Notes: a model not told the origin generated them from the sequence alone. A stretch of DNA of 56,539 nt from an uncultured virus (IMG/VR IMGVR_UViG_2061766007_000535) (IMGVR_UViG_2061766007_000535), one strand, 5' to 3'. Counted from the first letter of the stretch, positions 1-10,904 are shown. Made by a program: numbers and translations.

Positions 1-257
1 GCCATAGCCTCGCCGAAGTCCTCGTCCGTGATGCCGAGCTTGTCGGCCTGCGGCTTGCAGATGGCGTACAGCACATCCACGAGCAGGACGGGGTCGGACG
101 AAAGACGTTCGAGCAATTCAGCCGATGGCTTGTTGTTCTTGTCGAGCTCCACGATACTGTTGAGGTCGACCTTGCATAGAGCCCGAACCCGTTTGACGGT
201 CGCGACGGTTACAACAATTTCCCATGCGCGACCCTTGTTGTCGGTAAAAGATTTCAT
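1..257 (-). CDS. Putative tail assembly chaperone, N-terminal part (runs off window)
   Basis: Manually translated ORF MKSFTDNKGRAWEIVVTVATVKRVRALCKVDL...DPVLLVDVLYAICKPQAD, ATG at 257 after AGAGGA. It occupies the position downstream of the tail tube gene. Confidence 0.6.
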   Translation of the reverse strand, partial: MKSFTDNKGRAWEIVVTVATVKRVRALCKVDLNSIVELDKNNKPSAELLERLSSDPVLLVDVLYAICKPQADKLGITDEDFGEAM

Positions 258-287
258 CAAAATTCCTCTGTTTTCTTTTGTTTCGAC

Positions 288-315
288 TTGAAAAACCCAA
301 GCGTCTGGTTATATT
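288..315 (+). promoter_or_regulatory. Putative sigma70 promoter of the DUF4160/DUF2442 pair
   Basis: TTGAAA-16 nt-TATATT upstream of the ATG at 348. Confidence 0.4.
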
Positions 316-347
316 AGTAGGAGAGCATCTTCAAAACGGGATTCATC

Positions 348-596
348 ATGCCGAGGTTTTTTACATTTCTTGGTTTCTGGATAGGACGATATTCTGACGA
401 GGAAAGTCGTCCGCATGTCCATGTCGTGAAATTCGGCTCAAATGAATCCATGAAGGTCTGGCTGGACCCGGACGTTGAGGTGGAGTATATCCGGGAAATC
501 AACGTTTCGACAGCCAACAGAATCCTGTCCGAAATAAGGAGACGCAGAAATGAATGCCTTGAACAATGGTACGCCTGTGAGCGCAAAAGTCGTTGA
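348..596 (+). CDS. DUF4160-family protein (HicA-like putative toxin)
   Basis: 82 aa, MPRFF...YSDEESRPHVHVVK...KVWLDP...QW pattern typical of DUF4160; overlaps a DUF2442 gene. Confidence 0.8.
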   Translation: MPRFFTFLGFWIGRYSDEESRPHVHVVKFGSNESMKVWLDPDVEVEYIREINVSTANRILSEIRRRRNECLEQWYACERKSR

Positions 597-976
597 GATG
601 ACGAAGGACTATATGTCCGTCAGCCACTGCGGCAGGATTTATCGGATTGATTTCGACCGTTATCCGTATTTCCGCAGTTGTTTCCTGAGCGAGCTTTACA
701 ACGTCCAGGCCAGCGCAGATGGGCTTCACTGGCCCGATGCTGACATTGATTTGGAACTGGAATACATAGAGCATCCTCCGAAGGACGCCAGCACGGTTGA
801 CCTGGACTGGTGGAAAGCACAGCGGAAACGCATCCTTTCCCGACTTGGTTCAATCGGCGGTTCCGTAAAATCTGAACGGAAAGCCGCCNNNNNNNNNNNN
901 NNNNNNNNNNNNCGGACGTCCTCGCAAACAGACGAAACGGAAAACCTCGGCTGCATCCAGACGGAAGCCCGCCTGA
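550..976 (+). CDS. DUF2442-family protein (putative antitoxin) with basic GGRPRK tail
   Basis: YPYF...GLHWPDADIDLELEYI motif and LGSIGGSVKSERKAA. After the gap the correct frame reads GRPRKQTKRKTSAASRRKPA-stop at 974-976. Confidence 0.8.
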
Positions 977-1327
977 TCACACCCAGACCGGCGCTCTGTC
1001 GGACGCGGTGGGCTTCGCGGTGACCTTGACAGTTACCGCTTCTTCCAGAGGCTGATCCACGGTGAAGCCCGTGACCGAGAAGTCGGCGTCCAGCCCGTGC
1101 GCCGTGGTGTCGCCGTCCGTCACGAACAGGGAAAGCGGCGTATTCGTGAAGTATGCCGTTTTGAACGCGAGAAAATCCTCATCCTCGGTGTCGTAGAGGA
1201 TTGTGATTTCGAGCGAGGCTTCCTTGAGTGTGGCGACGCTCAGTTTCCAGCCCTTTGCCTTTCGTGTGGTGACATCCGCCTCGCCGGACTCCAGGCTGAG
1301 GGAAACGTCCTTGACGTTGGTGACCTC
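977..1327 (-). CDS. Phage major tail tube protein (5' end in gap)
   Basis: NVKDVSLSLESGEADVTTR...GWK...LKEASLE...DQPLEEAVTVKVTAKP; lies between tail completion and chaperone genes. Confidence 0.8.
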   Translation of the reverse strand, partial: EVTNVKDVSLSLESGEADVTTRKAKGWKLSVATLKEASLEITILYDTEDEDFLAFKTAYFTNTPLSLFVTDGDTTAHGLDADFSVTGFTVDQPLEEAVTVKVTAKPTASDRAPVWV

Positions 1328-1391
1328 NNNNNNNNNNNNNNNNNNNNNNNNNNNNNNNNNNNNNNNNNNNNNNNNNNNNNNNNTATTCCTT

Positions 1392-1787
1392 TCATTGTTT
1401 TTTGACCGCATCTTCCCACAGTTTCGGAAGCTGGGGTGCGGTCTTGTTCAAAGTCGGTCCCATGAGGGGACGTTTCGGGTAGCGGCGTCTGCGGTACATT
1501 CCACCGAATTCATGGGCTGTCATGGACACGCCGATAAACTTTTTCGCGGGGCCGATGACGACGGACATCCGGCTCTTGTCCACGCCGAACAGAATCGAGC
1601 GTTTCAGGAGTCCGCGTCTGGTGTGCGGAGGTGTTCCCTTTTCCGAGGCGCGTTTCGACTTGTGGACGGCGTTCCGAGCCGCTTTCCGGACATACGCGCC
1701 AGCCCTCCGCAAGGATGCTAAGTTTGCCTTGTTGACTGCCCCCAGAAGCCGCCTCGAATCAAATTCGAAACGCAGTTTTACGGACAT
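1392..1787 (-). CDS. Phage virion morphogenesis / tail completion protein (HK97 gp10-like)
   Basis: Basic 131 aa, GAYVRKAAR...PPHTRRGLLKRSI...HEFGG...YPKRPLMGP; neck position in operon. Confidence 0.7.
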   Translation of the reverse strand: MSVKLRFEFDSRRLLGAVNKANLASLRRAGAYVRKAARNAVHKSKRASEKGTPPHTRRGLLKRSILFGVDKSRMSVVIGPAKKFIGVSMTAHEFGGMYRRRRYPKRPLMGPTLNKTAPQLPKLWEDAVKKQ

Positions 1788-1805
1788 GGGGTCCTTTTCA
1801 GAATG

Positions 1806-2198
1806 TCAGCATTCCAGCCGTCTGCAGGTGTCGCGGAACACGAGCTCAATCACACTCGTGAACTGGTGGCGTTCCCTGAGGTCATCAGCGGAATAAATCG
1901 GGTTGAATCCGACCGCCACGCACTTCGCGCCGCAGAATTCTTTGTTCAAGAAGCTCATTCCGAGCTTCTCGACGGTCGCCAGGAGCTCGTCCAGCTCCTC
2001 GTCCTTCGCTCTTTTCATGAAGCCGATCTGCAACTTGACCGTGCGTTCCTTCAGCGCTCTCGTGATGTTCTTGTACGACAACTCCACAGGCACGACGACA
2101 ACCTTCAGTTCCTCAAGCTCACGAAGGGTGAATTCGGGAGCAAGCACGGGTTTCGCATGCCAGTCGTCGAGCGACGCGGCGACCGCCTCGCTCAAAAC
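1806..2198 (-). CDS. Putative tail terminator, partial allele
   Basis: Near-identical to intact gene 38923..39339. Confidence 0.6.
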   Translation of the reverse strand, partial: VLSEAVAASLDDWHAKPVLAPEFTLRELEELKVVVVPVELSYKNITRALKERTVKLQIGFMKRAKDEELDELLATVEKLGMSFLNKEFCGAKCVAVGFNPIYSADDLRERHQFTSVIELVFRDTCRRLEC

Positions 2199-2209
2199 NN
2201 NNNNNNNNC

Positions 2210-2674
2210 GATTGGGGAGAATCCGTCTACGACAGTCCGTACAACAACCGTCAGTCGGCAGTGAATTCCGTTCCAAGGGAAACTGTGGTAGAAACATATT
2301 ATGACAATCCCGGCTTTCACTGTTTCTCTCGGATGTACGACGATGTCTGCGTGGATTTGGAATTGCGCTTGCCGATTTCGGTCGCTCCATACTACGAAGA
2401 AGAAATGCCGGATGAGCTCAAGCCGAAATCCGGATACCTGGTCGTCAATATAGCCGACCCGTTCGTCGGAATATATGACCCGCTGAATGCCCCGGTCACG
2501 AAGGGACTGACCACGTTCCCGCTTCAGGAAGACGGGACCTTTTTCTCGAACTGGCCGACAGCGCTGACATTGCCGGATAATCTGCCCGATGACGATTATC
2601 TGACACTTGGCTGGGACATGCAAAAGGAATACGCCATTTACGATTTCAACTCGACTTTCGAGTTTCAGGAATGA
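2210..2674 (+). CDS. Phage tail/baseplate-region protein, C-terminal part
   Basis: Frame open from the gap (DWGESVYDSPYNNRQSAVNSVPRET...) to the stop at 2674; immediately precedes the 2712 gene. Confidence 0.5.
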   Translation, partial: DWGESVYDSPYNNRQSAVNSVPRETVVETYYDNPGFHCFSRMYDDVCVDLELRLPISVAPYYEEEMPDELKPKSGYLVVNIADPFVGIYDPLNAPVTKGLTTFPLQEDGTFFSNWPTALTLPDNLPDDDYLTLGWDMQKEYAIYDFNSTFEFQE

Positions 2675-2711
2675 ACCTCATATCCACTTTTCAACCTCAA
2701 AGGAGTCCTTG

Positions 2712-3273
2712 ATGCAGGAACACATTATCTATCTTGACGCGCACGAGTCGGTCGCAGTCGTGCGGGACGAGAAAAACATGAGGACACTGCCGCCGCCCAC
2801 GCTCGTGCGAGGAACGGCCTGTGTCCTCAAGCTGCGACTTTTCGCCGAACGGATCGGAACGACTCCGTTCCCCATCGCAAACCTCTACGATGTCGTTGCC
2901 TGGCAATTCGCTATGGATAGCGATTTCTACGACCGAAGCCCNNNNNNNNNNCGCCAATATCGAGCTCAATTCCGTGCAGGAATTCCGGGATGGTATCGGT
3001 CGGGTCTATACGCAGATTACCATTCCGATGCCGTCGATGGAAACAAACGAGCTTGCTCGCTGGCTGGGCTCCGAGCCTGTCCGTGCCGGACTGACTGGCG
3101 AGCTGACCGGCTTCGACTCCACGGGCTCTCCGATCTATATCCTGCAGATCGAAGGCTTCAAAATCCGAAACCGCATCGTGTCCTCGGCAGGACCGACCAC
3201 AACTTCTTCGGGTGCCGCGATTGCCGGCATCACGATGGAACAGCTTCAGCAGATGATCAATCAGGCAATCGTC
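2712..3273 (+). CDS. Putative baseplate/fibre-anchoring protein (BppU-N-like), gapped
   Basis: AGGAG SD, MQEHIIYLDA...; beta-rich N-domain followed by linker and helix (ITMEQLQQMINQAI). Confidence 0.45.
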
Positions 3274-3283
3274 NNNNNNNNNN

Positions 3284-3484
3284 AATCAGAGCTGCGCCGA
3301 GCGTGGACATCATCATCTTTTGCAGGTCTGCTGCAGGTTTGCACGGAGGATAGTGGTGCTCGCCACGCCCGAAATGCATGTTCAGCATTCCGCGCAGTTC
3401 CGCAATGTCCAGTCTTGCCTGGTTTACTTCATGCCAGAGGTCTCGGGTGTCCGGCACCGGCACTGCATCTTTGTTTTCGTTCAT
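3284..3484 (-). CDS. Small coiled-coil + TM protein, partial allele of 39336..39581
   Basis: PDTRDLWHEVNQARLDIAELRGML shared with the intact copy. Confidence 0.6.
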
Positions 3485-3831
3485 CTTTTCCCAATCTCCT
3501 TGGTATGAATTCTTCTCACCTGGTGAATCGTCCCGCTCCACCGCCAGACAGGTTCGTCCTGCGGTGCCAGCACCTCGTACTCGACACCATCGTAAAAAAT
3601 CTTGTCGCCGGACTGCGGGTCTTTCGGCAGAACTTCGTACGGAATCAGGAAGTCACGGGAATAGACGTGGATTGTGGTTCCGTAAGAGTTCTCGACCTTG
3701 AACAGCGTCCGACCGAGCGAGGCATGTACATGGAGGCGCTCTCCGTCCCTGCGAAGATACTCCACAGGAACGGAGAGCCAGGCCTCACGCTGGGACGACA
3801 ACCAGAGTTGGCCTTCTTCCAGCAGTCCCAT
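3481..3831 (-). CDS. Head-tail joining protein (lambda gpFII-like), allele
   Basis: 116 aa, RDFLI...PQSGDKI...YEV...WRWS...RIHTK; follows DUF2190 in the intact copy. Confidence 0.7.
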   Translation of the reverse strand: MGLLEEGQLWLSSQREAWLSVPVEYLRRDGERLHVHASLGRTLFKVENSYGTTIHVYSRDFLIPYEVLPKDPQSGDKIFYDGVEYEVLAPQDEPVWRWSGTIHQVRRIHTKEIGKR

Positions 3832-3847
3832 AATGTGNNNNNNNNNN

Positions 3848-4216
3848 CAAAATCAAGTCGGAAAATCTGCCGAGCTTCGTGGACGATGTGATCGAACTCA
3901 TCGGTGTCAGCGAAACGGCTCCCGCCAGCTGTGCCGCGGGCGATATGTACTTCAATTCCGGCTCCACGAACAAGAAGATCTACACCGCCACCGCAGCCAA
4001 TACGTGGGGAACCACCGGCGTCGAACCCGAAAAGGGCAAAATTTACGTCAACACGACTGACAACAAGACCTACCGTTGGTCCGGTACTGTCATGACGGAA
4101 ATCGGCAAGATGCCCGCCGTTGCCACCACCATTCGCGTGTCCGGCACCGCCGACGACAACCACGTTGCGTCCGAGAAAGCTGTTCGCGATGCCCTCGTCG
4201 CCGCAGGAGCTTACAC
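3848..4216 (+). CDS. Tail fibre protein fragment
   Basis: LPSFVDDVIE...GKIYVNTTDNKTYRWSGTVMTEI motif common in phage fibres. Confidence 0.7.
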
Positions 4217-4226
4217 NNNNNNNNNN

Positions 4227-5483
4227 GGCAGGACGGACAACGTTGTCGGCGCCGCCCGCAGTGATGAGCGTTGCGCCTCTCGTGAGCTCAATGGCGAGGT
4301 GCTTGAGGGCGGTCGGGACAAGCAGGAACTTCGGTTCGACACTGATCGGCTGACCGTCCGCGTCGACCTGATCCAAAAACAGCTGGATGGCTTTCTTCAG
4401 ACTGTCGGAGGACAGTGCGCTCGTTGCGCCGGTGAGCAGGTTCTTGTGAGCTGCGCTGAACAGAGGCTTTCCGTCAAGCTGCACAGGGTTCTTCAGCAGA
4501 CGGGAGAAGAACAACTGGTCGATCAGCCTGGCCGCACGGTTGCCCATCGCCACCGGCACCTTCATAAAGGCCCCGAGGTCGTCGTTGATGATCATTTTGC
4601 GCGTCAAAACGAAGCGCTTGCCATACGTTTCGAGCTGATTCTTGGCCGCTTCTTCGGTGACGCCGCCGTCCTTGATTTCTCCGTCAGCGCCGACAGGAAG
4701 CAGATCGCCGACGTCGGTCAGACGGAAGCGGTCGTTCTCCTTGAAATCATTCAGGTCGCCAGTGGAACACAGCTTGGTGGCGATGATGGGCTGCGATTCG
4801 AAGCTCTTCAGNNNNNNNNNNCAGATACCATGCGGTGGAGGAGGCTCCGTCATAGGCCGCATTGGCGAGGTACGGGCTGGACACGACCTGCAGGTTTTCA
4901 TCCGCGAGGATGTTCAGGGCAGGACGGACGACGTTGTCGGCGCCGCCAGCGGTAATGAGGGTCGCGCCGCGAGTGAGCTCGATGGCGAGGTGCTTGAGCG
5001 CAGTGGGGACGAGCAGGAACTTCGGTTCGACGCTGATCGGCTGACCGTCTGCATCGACCTGATCCAAAAACATCTGGATGGCTTTCTTCAGACTGTCGGA
5101 GGACAGTGCGCTCGTTGCGCCGGTGAGCAGGTTCTTGTGAGCGGCGCTGAACAAAGCCTTGCCGTCAAGTTGCACGGGATTCTTCAACAGACGGGAGAAG
5201 AAGAGCTGGTCGATCAGCCTGGCCGCACGGTTGCCCATCGCCACCGGCACCTTCANNNNNNNNNNAGCTGGATGGCTTTCTTCAGACTGTCGGAAGACAG
5301 TGCGCTCGTTGCGCCGGTGAGCAGATTCTTGTGAGCGGCGCTGAACAGAGCCTTTCCGTCAAGCTGCACAGGATTCTTCAGCAGGCGGGAGAAGAACAGC
5401 TGGTCGATCAGTCTGGCCGCCCTGTTGCCCATTGCCACCGGCACCTTCATAAAGGCTCCGAGGTCGTCGTTGATGATCATTTT
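4227..5483 (-). CDS. Three partial alleles of the major capsid gene
   Basis: Each fragment matches 40493..42541 (MIINDDLGAF...GNRAARLIDQLFF), with many synonymous differences. Confidence 0.9.
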
Positions 5484-5517
5484 NNNNNNNNNNGCGCGAC
5501 ACCACGAAAAATCAATA

Positions 5518-5550
5518 CATGCTGGGGGAGAGTTCGTTCTCCCCGGCATG
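5518..5550 (+). other. Intergenic stem-loop with UUCG loop
   Basis: CATGCTGGGGGAGAG-TTCG-TTCTCCCCGGCATG before the 5577 gene; no long U tract. Confidence 0.6.
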
Positions 5551-5576
5551 TTTGACCTCAAATCGAAAGGTTTTCT

Positions 5577-6041
5577 ATGGCTGAGAATAAGAAAATCTTA
5601 CTCAAGTCCTCGGCTGGAGATAACCTGTATCCACGGGCATCTCTCGACAATCTAGTGGATGTCGTCGGAGGCACGACAGCCGTGCAGGTCCCGACACTGG
5701 ACAGCGACGGACGTATCGAGAGCAGATTCCTGCCGACCGGGATGTCTTTGCTAGACAGCGATGGTCGCATCGACAGCCGGTATCTTCCTCCAGATTTCTT
5801 TCCTCCGGCAGCTCGCGTCACGCTGAACGGAACAATCTACGTTTCGTCCGGCGCTTTGCTCCGAGATGCGGAGGAAACTTCCGGTTTCATCCGGGTCCTG
5901 AGCGGAGGCAGCGCNNNNNNNNNNCTTTCCTCCGGCAGCTCGTGTCACGCTGAGCGGAACAGTCTATGTTTCGTCCGGCGCTTTGCTCCGGGATGCGGAA
6001 GAAACATCCGGTTTCATCCGGGTCCTGAGCGGAGGCAGCGC
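5577..6041 (+). CDS. AIDA-like (SSGG repeat) fibre/adhesin, N-terminal allele fragments
   Basis: MAENKKILLKSSAGDNLYPRASLDNLVD...YVSSGALL...RVLSGG. Confidence 0.7.
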
Positions 6042-6051
6042 NNNNNNNNNN

Positions 6052-6163
6052 TGAAACGGCTTTGAAGGCGAAACAGGACAAGCTCACTGCCGGGACTGGC
6101 GTCTCCATCACGAACGGCACGGTCAGTGTCGCCGACACGGTCATCTACGAGGTCGTGTCCTGA
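6052..6163 (+). CDS. C-terminus of upstream fibre gene
   Basis: ETALKAKQDKLTAGTGVSITNGTVSVADTVIYEVVS-stop. Confidence 0.6.
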
Positions 6164-6180
6164 CCCTGAACGCTCTTGAA

Positions 6181-6205
6181 TCCGTCCGGCATCCGGCCGG
6201 ACGGA
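6181..6205 (+). other. Intergenic perfect 10-bp stem-loop
   Basis: TCCGTCCGGC-ATCCG-GCCGGACGGA; no U tract. Confidence 0.6.
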
Positions 6206-6240
6206 ACACATTTCACCTCAACTTTTAGGAGAACACCTCT

Positions 6241-7483
6241 ATGGCAAATAAGAAAATCCTTCTGAAATCGACCGCTGGCGACGCGCTGTTCCCGCGCACC
6301 TCCATCGACAACCTCGTGGATGCTGTCGGCAGCACGAATTCCGTCAGCGTTCCCGTCCTCGACGCCAACGGCAAGCTCGATGCTTCCTACCTTCCGAGCT
6401 ATGTGGATGACATTGTCGACCTGAAAGCCATCACGGGAACCGCGCCAAGCTCGTGCGCGGTCGGCGACATGTACTTCAACAGCACGTCCGGCAACCTCAA
6501 AATCTACACGGCGACGGCCGCCAACACCTGGGGAACGACCGGAGCGACTCCTGAAACCGGGAAAATCTACGTCAACCTCGCCGACAGCAAGATTTACCGC
6601 TGGTCGGGAAGCGCGATGGTGGAGATCAGCAAGCAGGTGTCGACCGTCACGAGTGTTCGTGATACCTCCTCCGCACTCGACACCGTCGTCCCGACCGAAA
6701 AAGCCGTCGCCACCGCCCTTTCGGGCAAGGCGGCAAGCTCCCACAGCCACAGTATCGCAAACGTCTCCGGCCTCCAGTCTGCTCTTGACGGCAAGGCGGG
6801 CACCAGCCACAGCCATGAAATCGCCGATGTTTCCGGCCTCCAGACCGCCCTTGATGGAAAACAGGGCACTCTGACGGCGGGGACGAACATCAGCATCAGC
6901 AATGGCACGATTTCCAACACCTATTCCTACAGCCTGCCTGCCGCGACCACATCGGCGCGAGGCGGCGTCGTGGTCAGCACGACTGCTTCGAACGGTGTTG
7001 CGCTCGCGATTTCCAGTGGCACGGTCAGCGTCGCGGCTACGGCAGCGTCCACCACGGCAGTCGGTACCGTTCGCCTCGCCACCACCTCGGAAGCCACCAC
7101 GGGAACGAGCGAATCCGTCGCGGTTACCCCGAAGGGACTGAAGACCGAGCTCGACAAGAAGGCGAACACCAGCCACACGCACAACTATCAGGCTGTGCTG
7201 ACCGCGGGGAACGGTATTGCGATTGCCAGCAACGTCATCTCCGCCGACATTTCCACCACGGCATCGAACGGCGTTGCCCTCGCGTGGGATGGCACGACCG
7301 AGAACTCGAAGAAGATCAAGGTCACAGCGACTGCTGCAACCGCATCGGCTCCCNNNNNNNNNNNNNNNNNNNNNCGAGGCGTCCACTGGCACGGATACGG
7401 CGAAGGCCGTCACCTGTGCTGGCGTCAAGGCCGCGCTGGACAACCGGCTTGCGTCCTATATCACCTACGAAGAACTGACCTAA
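6241..7483 (+). CDS. Tail fibre protein with HSH repeats (gapped near 3' end)
   Basis: AGGAG SD; LPSYVDDI/YRWSG domain, HSHSIANVSGLQSALDGK repeats, GTVRLAT...AVTPKGL; ends ITYEELT. Confidence 0.85.
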
Positions 7484-7505
7484 CACCCCAATGGGGTGAC
7501 GAGCA

Positions 7506-7527
7506 GTGCCGGGGGCAACCCCGGCAC
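7506..7527 (+). other. Intergenic stem-loop with GCAA tetraloop
   Basis: GTGCCGGGG-GCAA-CCCCGGCAC. Confidence 0.6.
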
Positions 7528-7549
7528 ATTCAACATACAGGAGACCCCA

Positions 7550-8532
7550 ATGGCCGAGAACAAGAAAATCTTGCTCAAAACCTCAGCGGGAGATAACCTG
7601 TATCCACGGGCATCTCTCGACAACCTGGTGGATGTCGTCGGCGGCACGACAGCCGTGCATGTTCCGACACTGGACAGCGACGGGCATATCGAAAGCCGGT
7701 TCCTGCCGACCGGGATGTCCTTGCTGGACAGCGACGGTCGCATCGACAGTCAATACCTTCCGCCCGACTTCTTTCCTCCTGCGGCGAGAGTCACTGTGAG
7801 CGGCACAGTCTATGTGTCATCTGGCGCTCTGCTCAGAGACGTTGAGGAGACCTCCGGTTTCATCCGTGTTCTAAGCGGTGGAACCGCAAAACGNNNNNNN
7901 NNNTTATCTTCCCCCCGACTTCTTTCCTCCTGCAGCGAGAGTCACGGTGAGCGGCACAGTCTATGTGTCGTCTGGGGCTCTGCTCAGAGATGTGGAGGAG
8001 ACCTCCGGTTTCATCCGTGTTCTAAGCGGTGGAACCGCAAAACGAATCACCGTCACATCCGGCAACTTCACGGTGTCGTCAGGAGGCGCCGCCACCGACA
8101 TGACCTGGAACAGTCCCGGTATCATGTACATCCCAGGCGGTCACGTTCAGTATGTGGACTGCCGGAAAGGCAGCATCGAAGTTCAGAAAGGCGGGCATCT
8201 GGAACATGTGACGGCAAACACAGGATGTCTCCTGTTCGNNNNNNNNNNNNNNNNNNNNNNNNNNNNNNNNNNNNNNNNNNNNNNNNTGCTGTCGGTCAGT
8301 TCGTGTCGACCGTCATCCCGAATCTCACTCTTTCGGCCTCCCAGTCCGCGACGGTTCACAGCGGGAATCAGGTCAGCAATGCCACTATTTCGAGCGGCGG
8401 CGCACTTCATGTCTTTGAATTCGGGACGCTGACAGGGCAATGCACCGTTCTGAACGGCGGAAGCATGGTTCTGTATAACGAATCCATTCTGGATTTCCGC
8501 ATCACGGATATGGCGCCAGGAGACACGGCCAG
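7550..8532 (+). CDS. AIDA-like fibre/adhesin, gapped allele(s)
   Basis: AGGAG SD, MAENKKILLKTSAGDNLYPR; VSSGGAAT and ISSGGALHV repeats. Confidence 0.75.
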
Positions 8533-8886
8533 NNNNNNNNNNGATCGAAGAAATATCGAAAAAAGATTTCCGGAGCGTTTTGGTGTCAAGCGTCCGTTTT
8601 CGCGATCACGGCGCGCCTGATCACTANNNNNNNNNNNNNNNNNNNNNNNNNNNNNNNNNNNNNNNNNNNNNNNNNNNNNNNNNNNNNNNNCCAGGCGCAT
8701 GATCGCACGTTCCGGCATAAGTTCGCGACGTTTCGCATAATTGCGATACCCGTGCATAGAAATCCGCAGATTCGCGGACGGCGGCCCTGACGGAGGCGAA
8801 GAGGTCGTCCGACGAATCTGCGGAAAAGGCATTACTGACGATTATTCGGCCCCGCCAGGCTGGCGGGACCGTTGGTGGTTTTCTGT

Positions 8887-9354
8887 TCAGCCGACCTTGA
8901 TGAATCTGGTGGCAGGTTTCTTTCGGAAGGCTTCCTCGACTTTTTCGCAGTAGAGGTCGAAGTCATCCGTCTCGGTCGGGAAATCTTTTTCTTCGAGGAA
9001 GTTGTTCCACATCACGCCGTCCGCGTGGAGTTCGTATTCCCCGTACTGGTCCGTCATGAGCTCCTCGTATGCCATGCGGAACTTTTTGATGTTGGCCTTG
9101 CTCTTGAGCCAGCGGAACATGTCGGTGAATTCGCCGTCGCTGTATCCCCACTTGACCCAGCCGCCGATGCTGACGTTGGTGGCAGCTTGGTCGCAGTGGG
9201 CGTCGAAGAGGTAGCGTTTATCGTTTCCGAAGAAGGCCCCGACGTTTTCGCGACGGGCGATTGCGAAGCTCATCTGGAGCTCCTTGCGGAGCTCCTCGGC
9301 CTGTTCGGTGGTTTCGGTTTCGAGCGAGATTTCGATGAAGAAGTTGTTTGCCAT
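8887..9354 (-). CDS. Hypothetical acidic phage accessory protein (155 aa)
   Basis: Intact ORF, AAAGGG SD, co-directional with the upstream gene. Confidence 0.75.
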   Translation of the reverse strand: MANNFFIEISLETETTEQAEELRKELQMSFAIARRENVGAFFGNDKRYLFDAHCDQAATNVSIGGWVKWGYSDGEFTDMFRWLKSKANIKKFRMAYEELMTDQYGEYELHADGVMWNNFLEEKDFPTETDDFDLYCEKVEEAFRKKPATRFIKVG

Positions 9355-9366
9355 GGTCGTTCCCTT

Positions 9367-10015
9367 TCAGTTGTACATCGCGAGGATTTCGTTGTAGATG
9401 GCCTTGGCGGCCTTGCTTCTGGGCCGGACGTCCCAGCCGCGGTCGTAGTTCACGAGCGGCTCGATTTCCCCTTCTTCGCGAATCCAGAGCTTGCTGATTC
9501 TGCCGTTCTGAATTCCGTACTTGCTCGGCTCCTCGAAGTGCTTCACATTGATATGGTAGATTGTTTTCTCGAACAGCGCTTCGGCAATCGTCCATGCCCC
9601 ATCATGTTTTACGATTTTGACCATTTTGTGCGGCCCCTCCGTAAACCCTTCTTCTACTGCCCCAGGGTTGAGGAACATGTTGAACCGTTCGCAGACTTCC
9701 TTGAANNNNNNNNNNTCCATCGTGTTTTACGATTTTGACCATTTTGTGTGGACCTTCCGTAAACCCTTCTTCGACTGCCCCAGGGTTGAGGAACATGTTG
9801 AACCGTTCGCAGACTTCCTTGAAGATTGCCAGCTCCACCGGAGCATCGTGAATCTCTTCTCCGCCCAGCGTAATCCAGACCGAGGTTTTCGGCCTGTAGA
9901 TGCCGTCCTCGTCTTTCTCTCTGATGCGTCTGATGTTGATGTCGTAGGTTTTACCGTTGACCTCTTTTCTGGCTCTCGTCCAGATGTCGTTCTGACTGAT
10001 GATTTTCATCGTCAT
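9367..10015 (-). CDS. Accessory protein with GRISKL...NYDRGWD domain (DUF7678-like); two overlapping allele fragments
   Basis: GGAGG SD before 10015; C-terminal SKYGIQNGRISKLWI...NYDRGWDVRP. Confidence 0.7.
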
Positions 10016-10029
10016 TTTCCTCCGTCAGT

Positions 10030-10500
10030 TGGAGTTTTCTGTTTGGCTCGCGCGGCCTCGTTCAGCCTCGCTCTGCTATTAAATAAAGCGCTTAAAGAGC
10101 TTTAATCCAGTCGATTATCGAAGAAATATGATTCTTTCTGTTTCTTTCTTTTTCATTCTGCTCATAACGAGTTTATCGAAAAAGCAAGTGTATAATCGAA
10201 GAAAAACGAGATAAAGATTCGGAGCATGGTATNNNNNNNNNNTCCTCCGTCATTTGGAGTTTTCCGTTTGGTTCGCGCGGCCACGTTCAGCCTCGCTCTG
10301 CTATTAAATAAAGCGCTTAAAGAACTTTAATCCAGTCGATTGTCGAAGAAATATGATTCTTTCTGAATCTTTCATTTTATTCTGCTCATAACGAGGTTAT
10401 CGAAATAGCAAGTGTATAATCGAAGAAAAACGAGATAAAGATTCGGAGCATGGTATTTCCGAATAGCAAGTCGAAACGCGAAGAAAAAGCGAAAAAGATT
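10030..10500 (-). promoter_or_regulatory. AT-rich leader with tandem (C/A)ACTTGCTA / CGACTGGAT boxes (two alleles)
   Basis: Duplicated ~200-bp block; boxes read on the minus strand upstream of the 10015 gene. Confidence 0.5.
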
Positions 10501-10531
10501 TGCCCGGTATCCGGCCGGGCGTGTTCGGTGT

Positions 10532-10848
10532 TCACTCTTCTTTTCGGAAGGCTTCGATGATGTGGTGGGCGGCCGCGAACAGCTCCTTGGCCGTTTCGGT
10601 CATTCCCTCGTCCTCGGCATAGATTTCTATCTTTTCGAGGTGTTCTTCGAGCTCGTCAAGGTCTCCGTCCCAGACCTCGGAGATTCCGCTCGGCTCTCCC
10701 GTGGCCACACAGCAGATGCTGTCCATCGCGNNNNNNNNNNATCCAGGTCTCCGTTCCAGACCTCGGAGATTCCGCTCGGCTCTCCCGTGGCCACGTAGCA
10801 GATGTTGTTCATTGCGGCGATCAGCGTTTCGGTTTGCAGTCTTTTCAT
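10532..10848 (-). CDS. Small acidic hypothetical protein (two allele fragments)
   Basis: MKRLQTETLIAAMNNICYVATGEPSG...AHHIIEAFRKEE; GGAG SD. Confidence 0.65.
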
Positions 10849-10904
10849 GTTCGTTCTCCGGTTGGGCATGACCCGCCAGGCGGCGGGCCATGCTGTTGGT
10901 GGGT

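Noticed and set aside
8785..8805. Hammerhead ribozyme core
   Set aside because: CTGACGG...GAAG does not match the CUGANGA/GAAA consensus.
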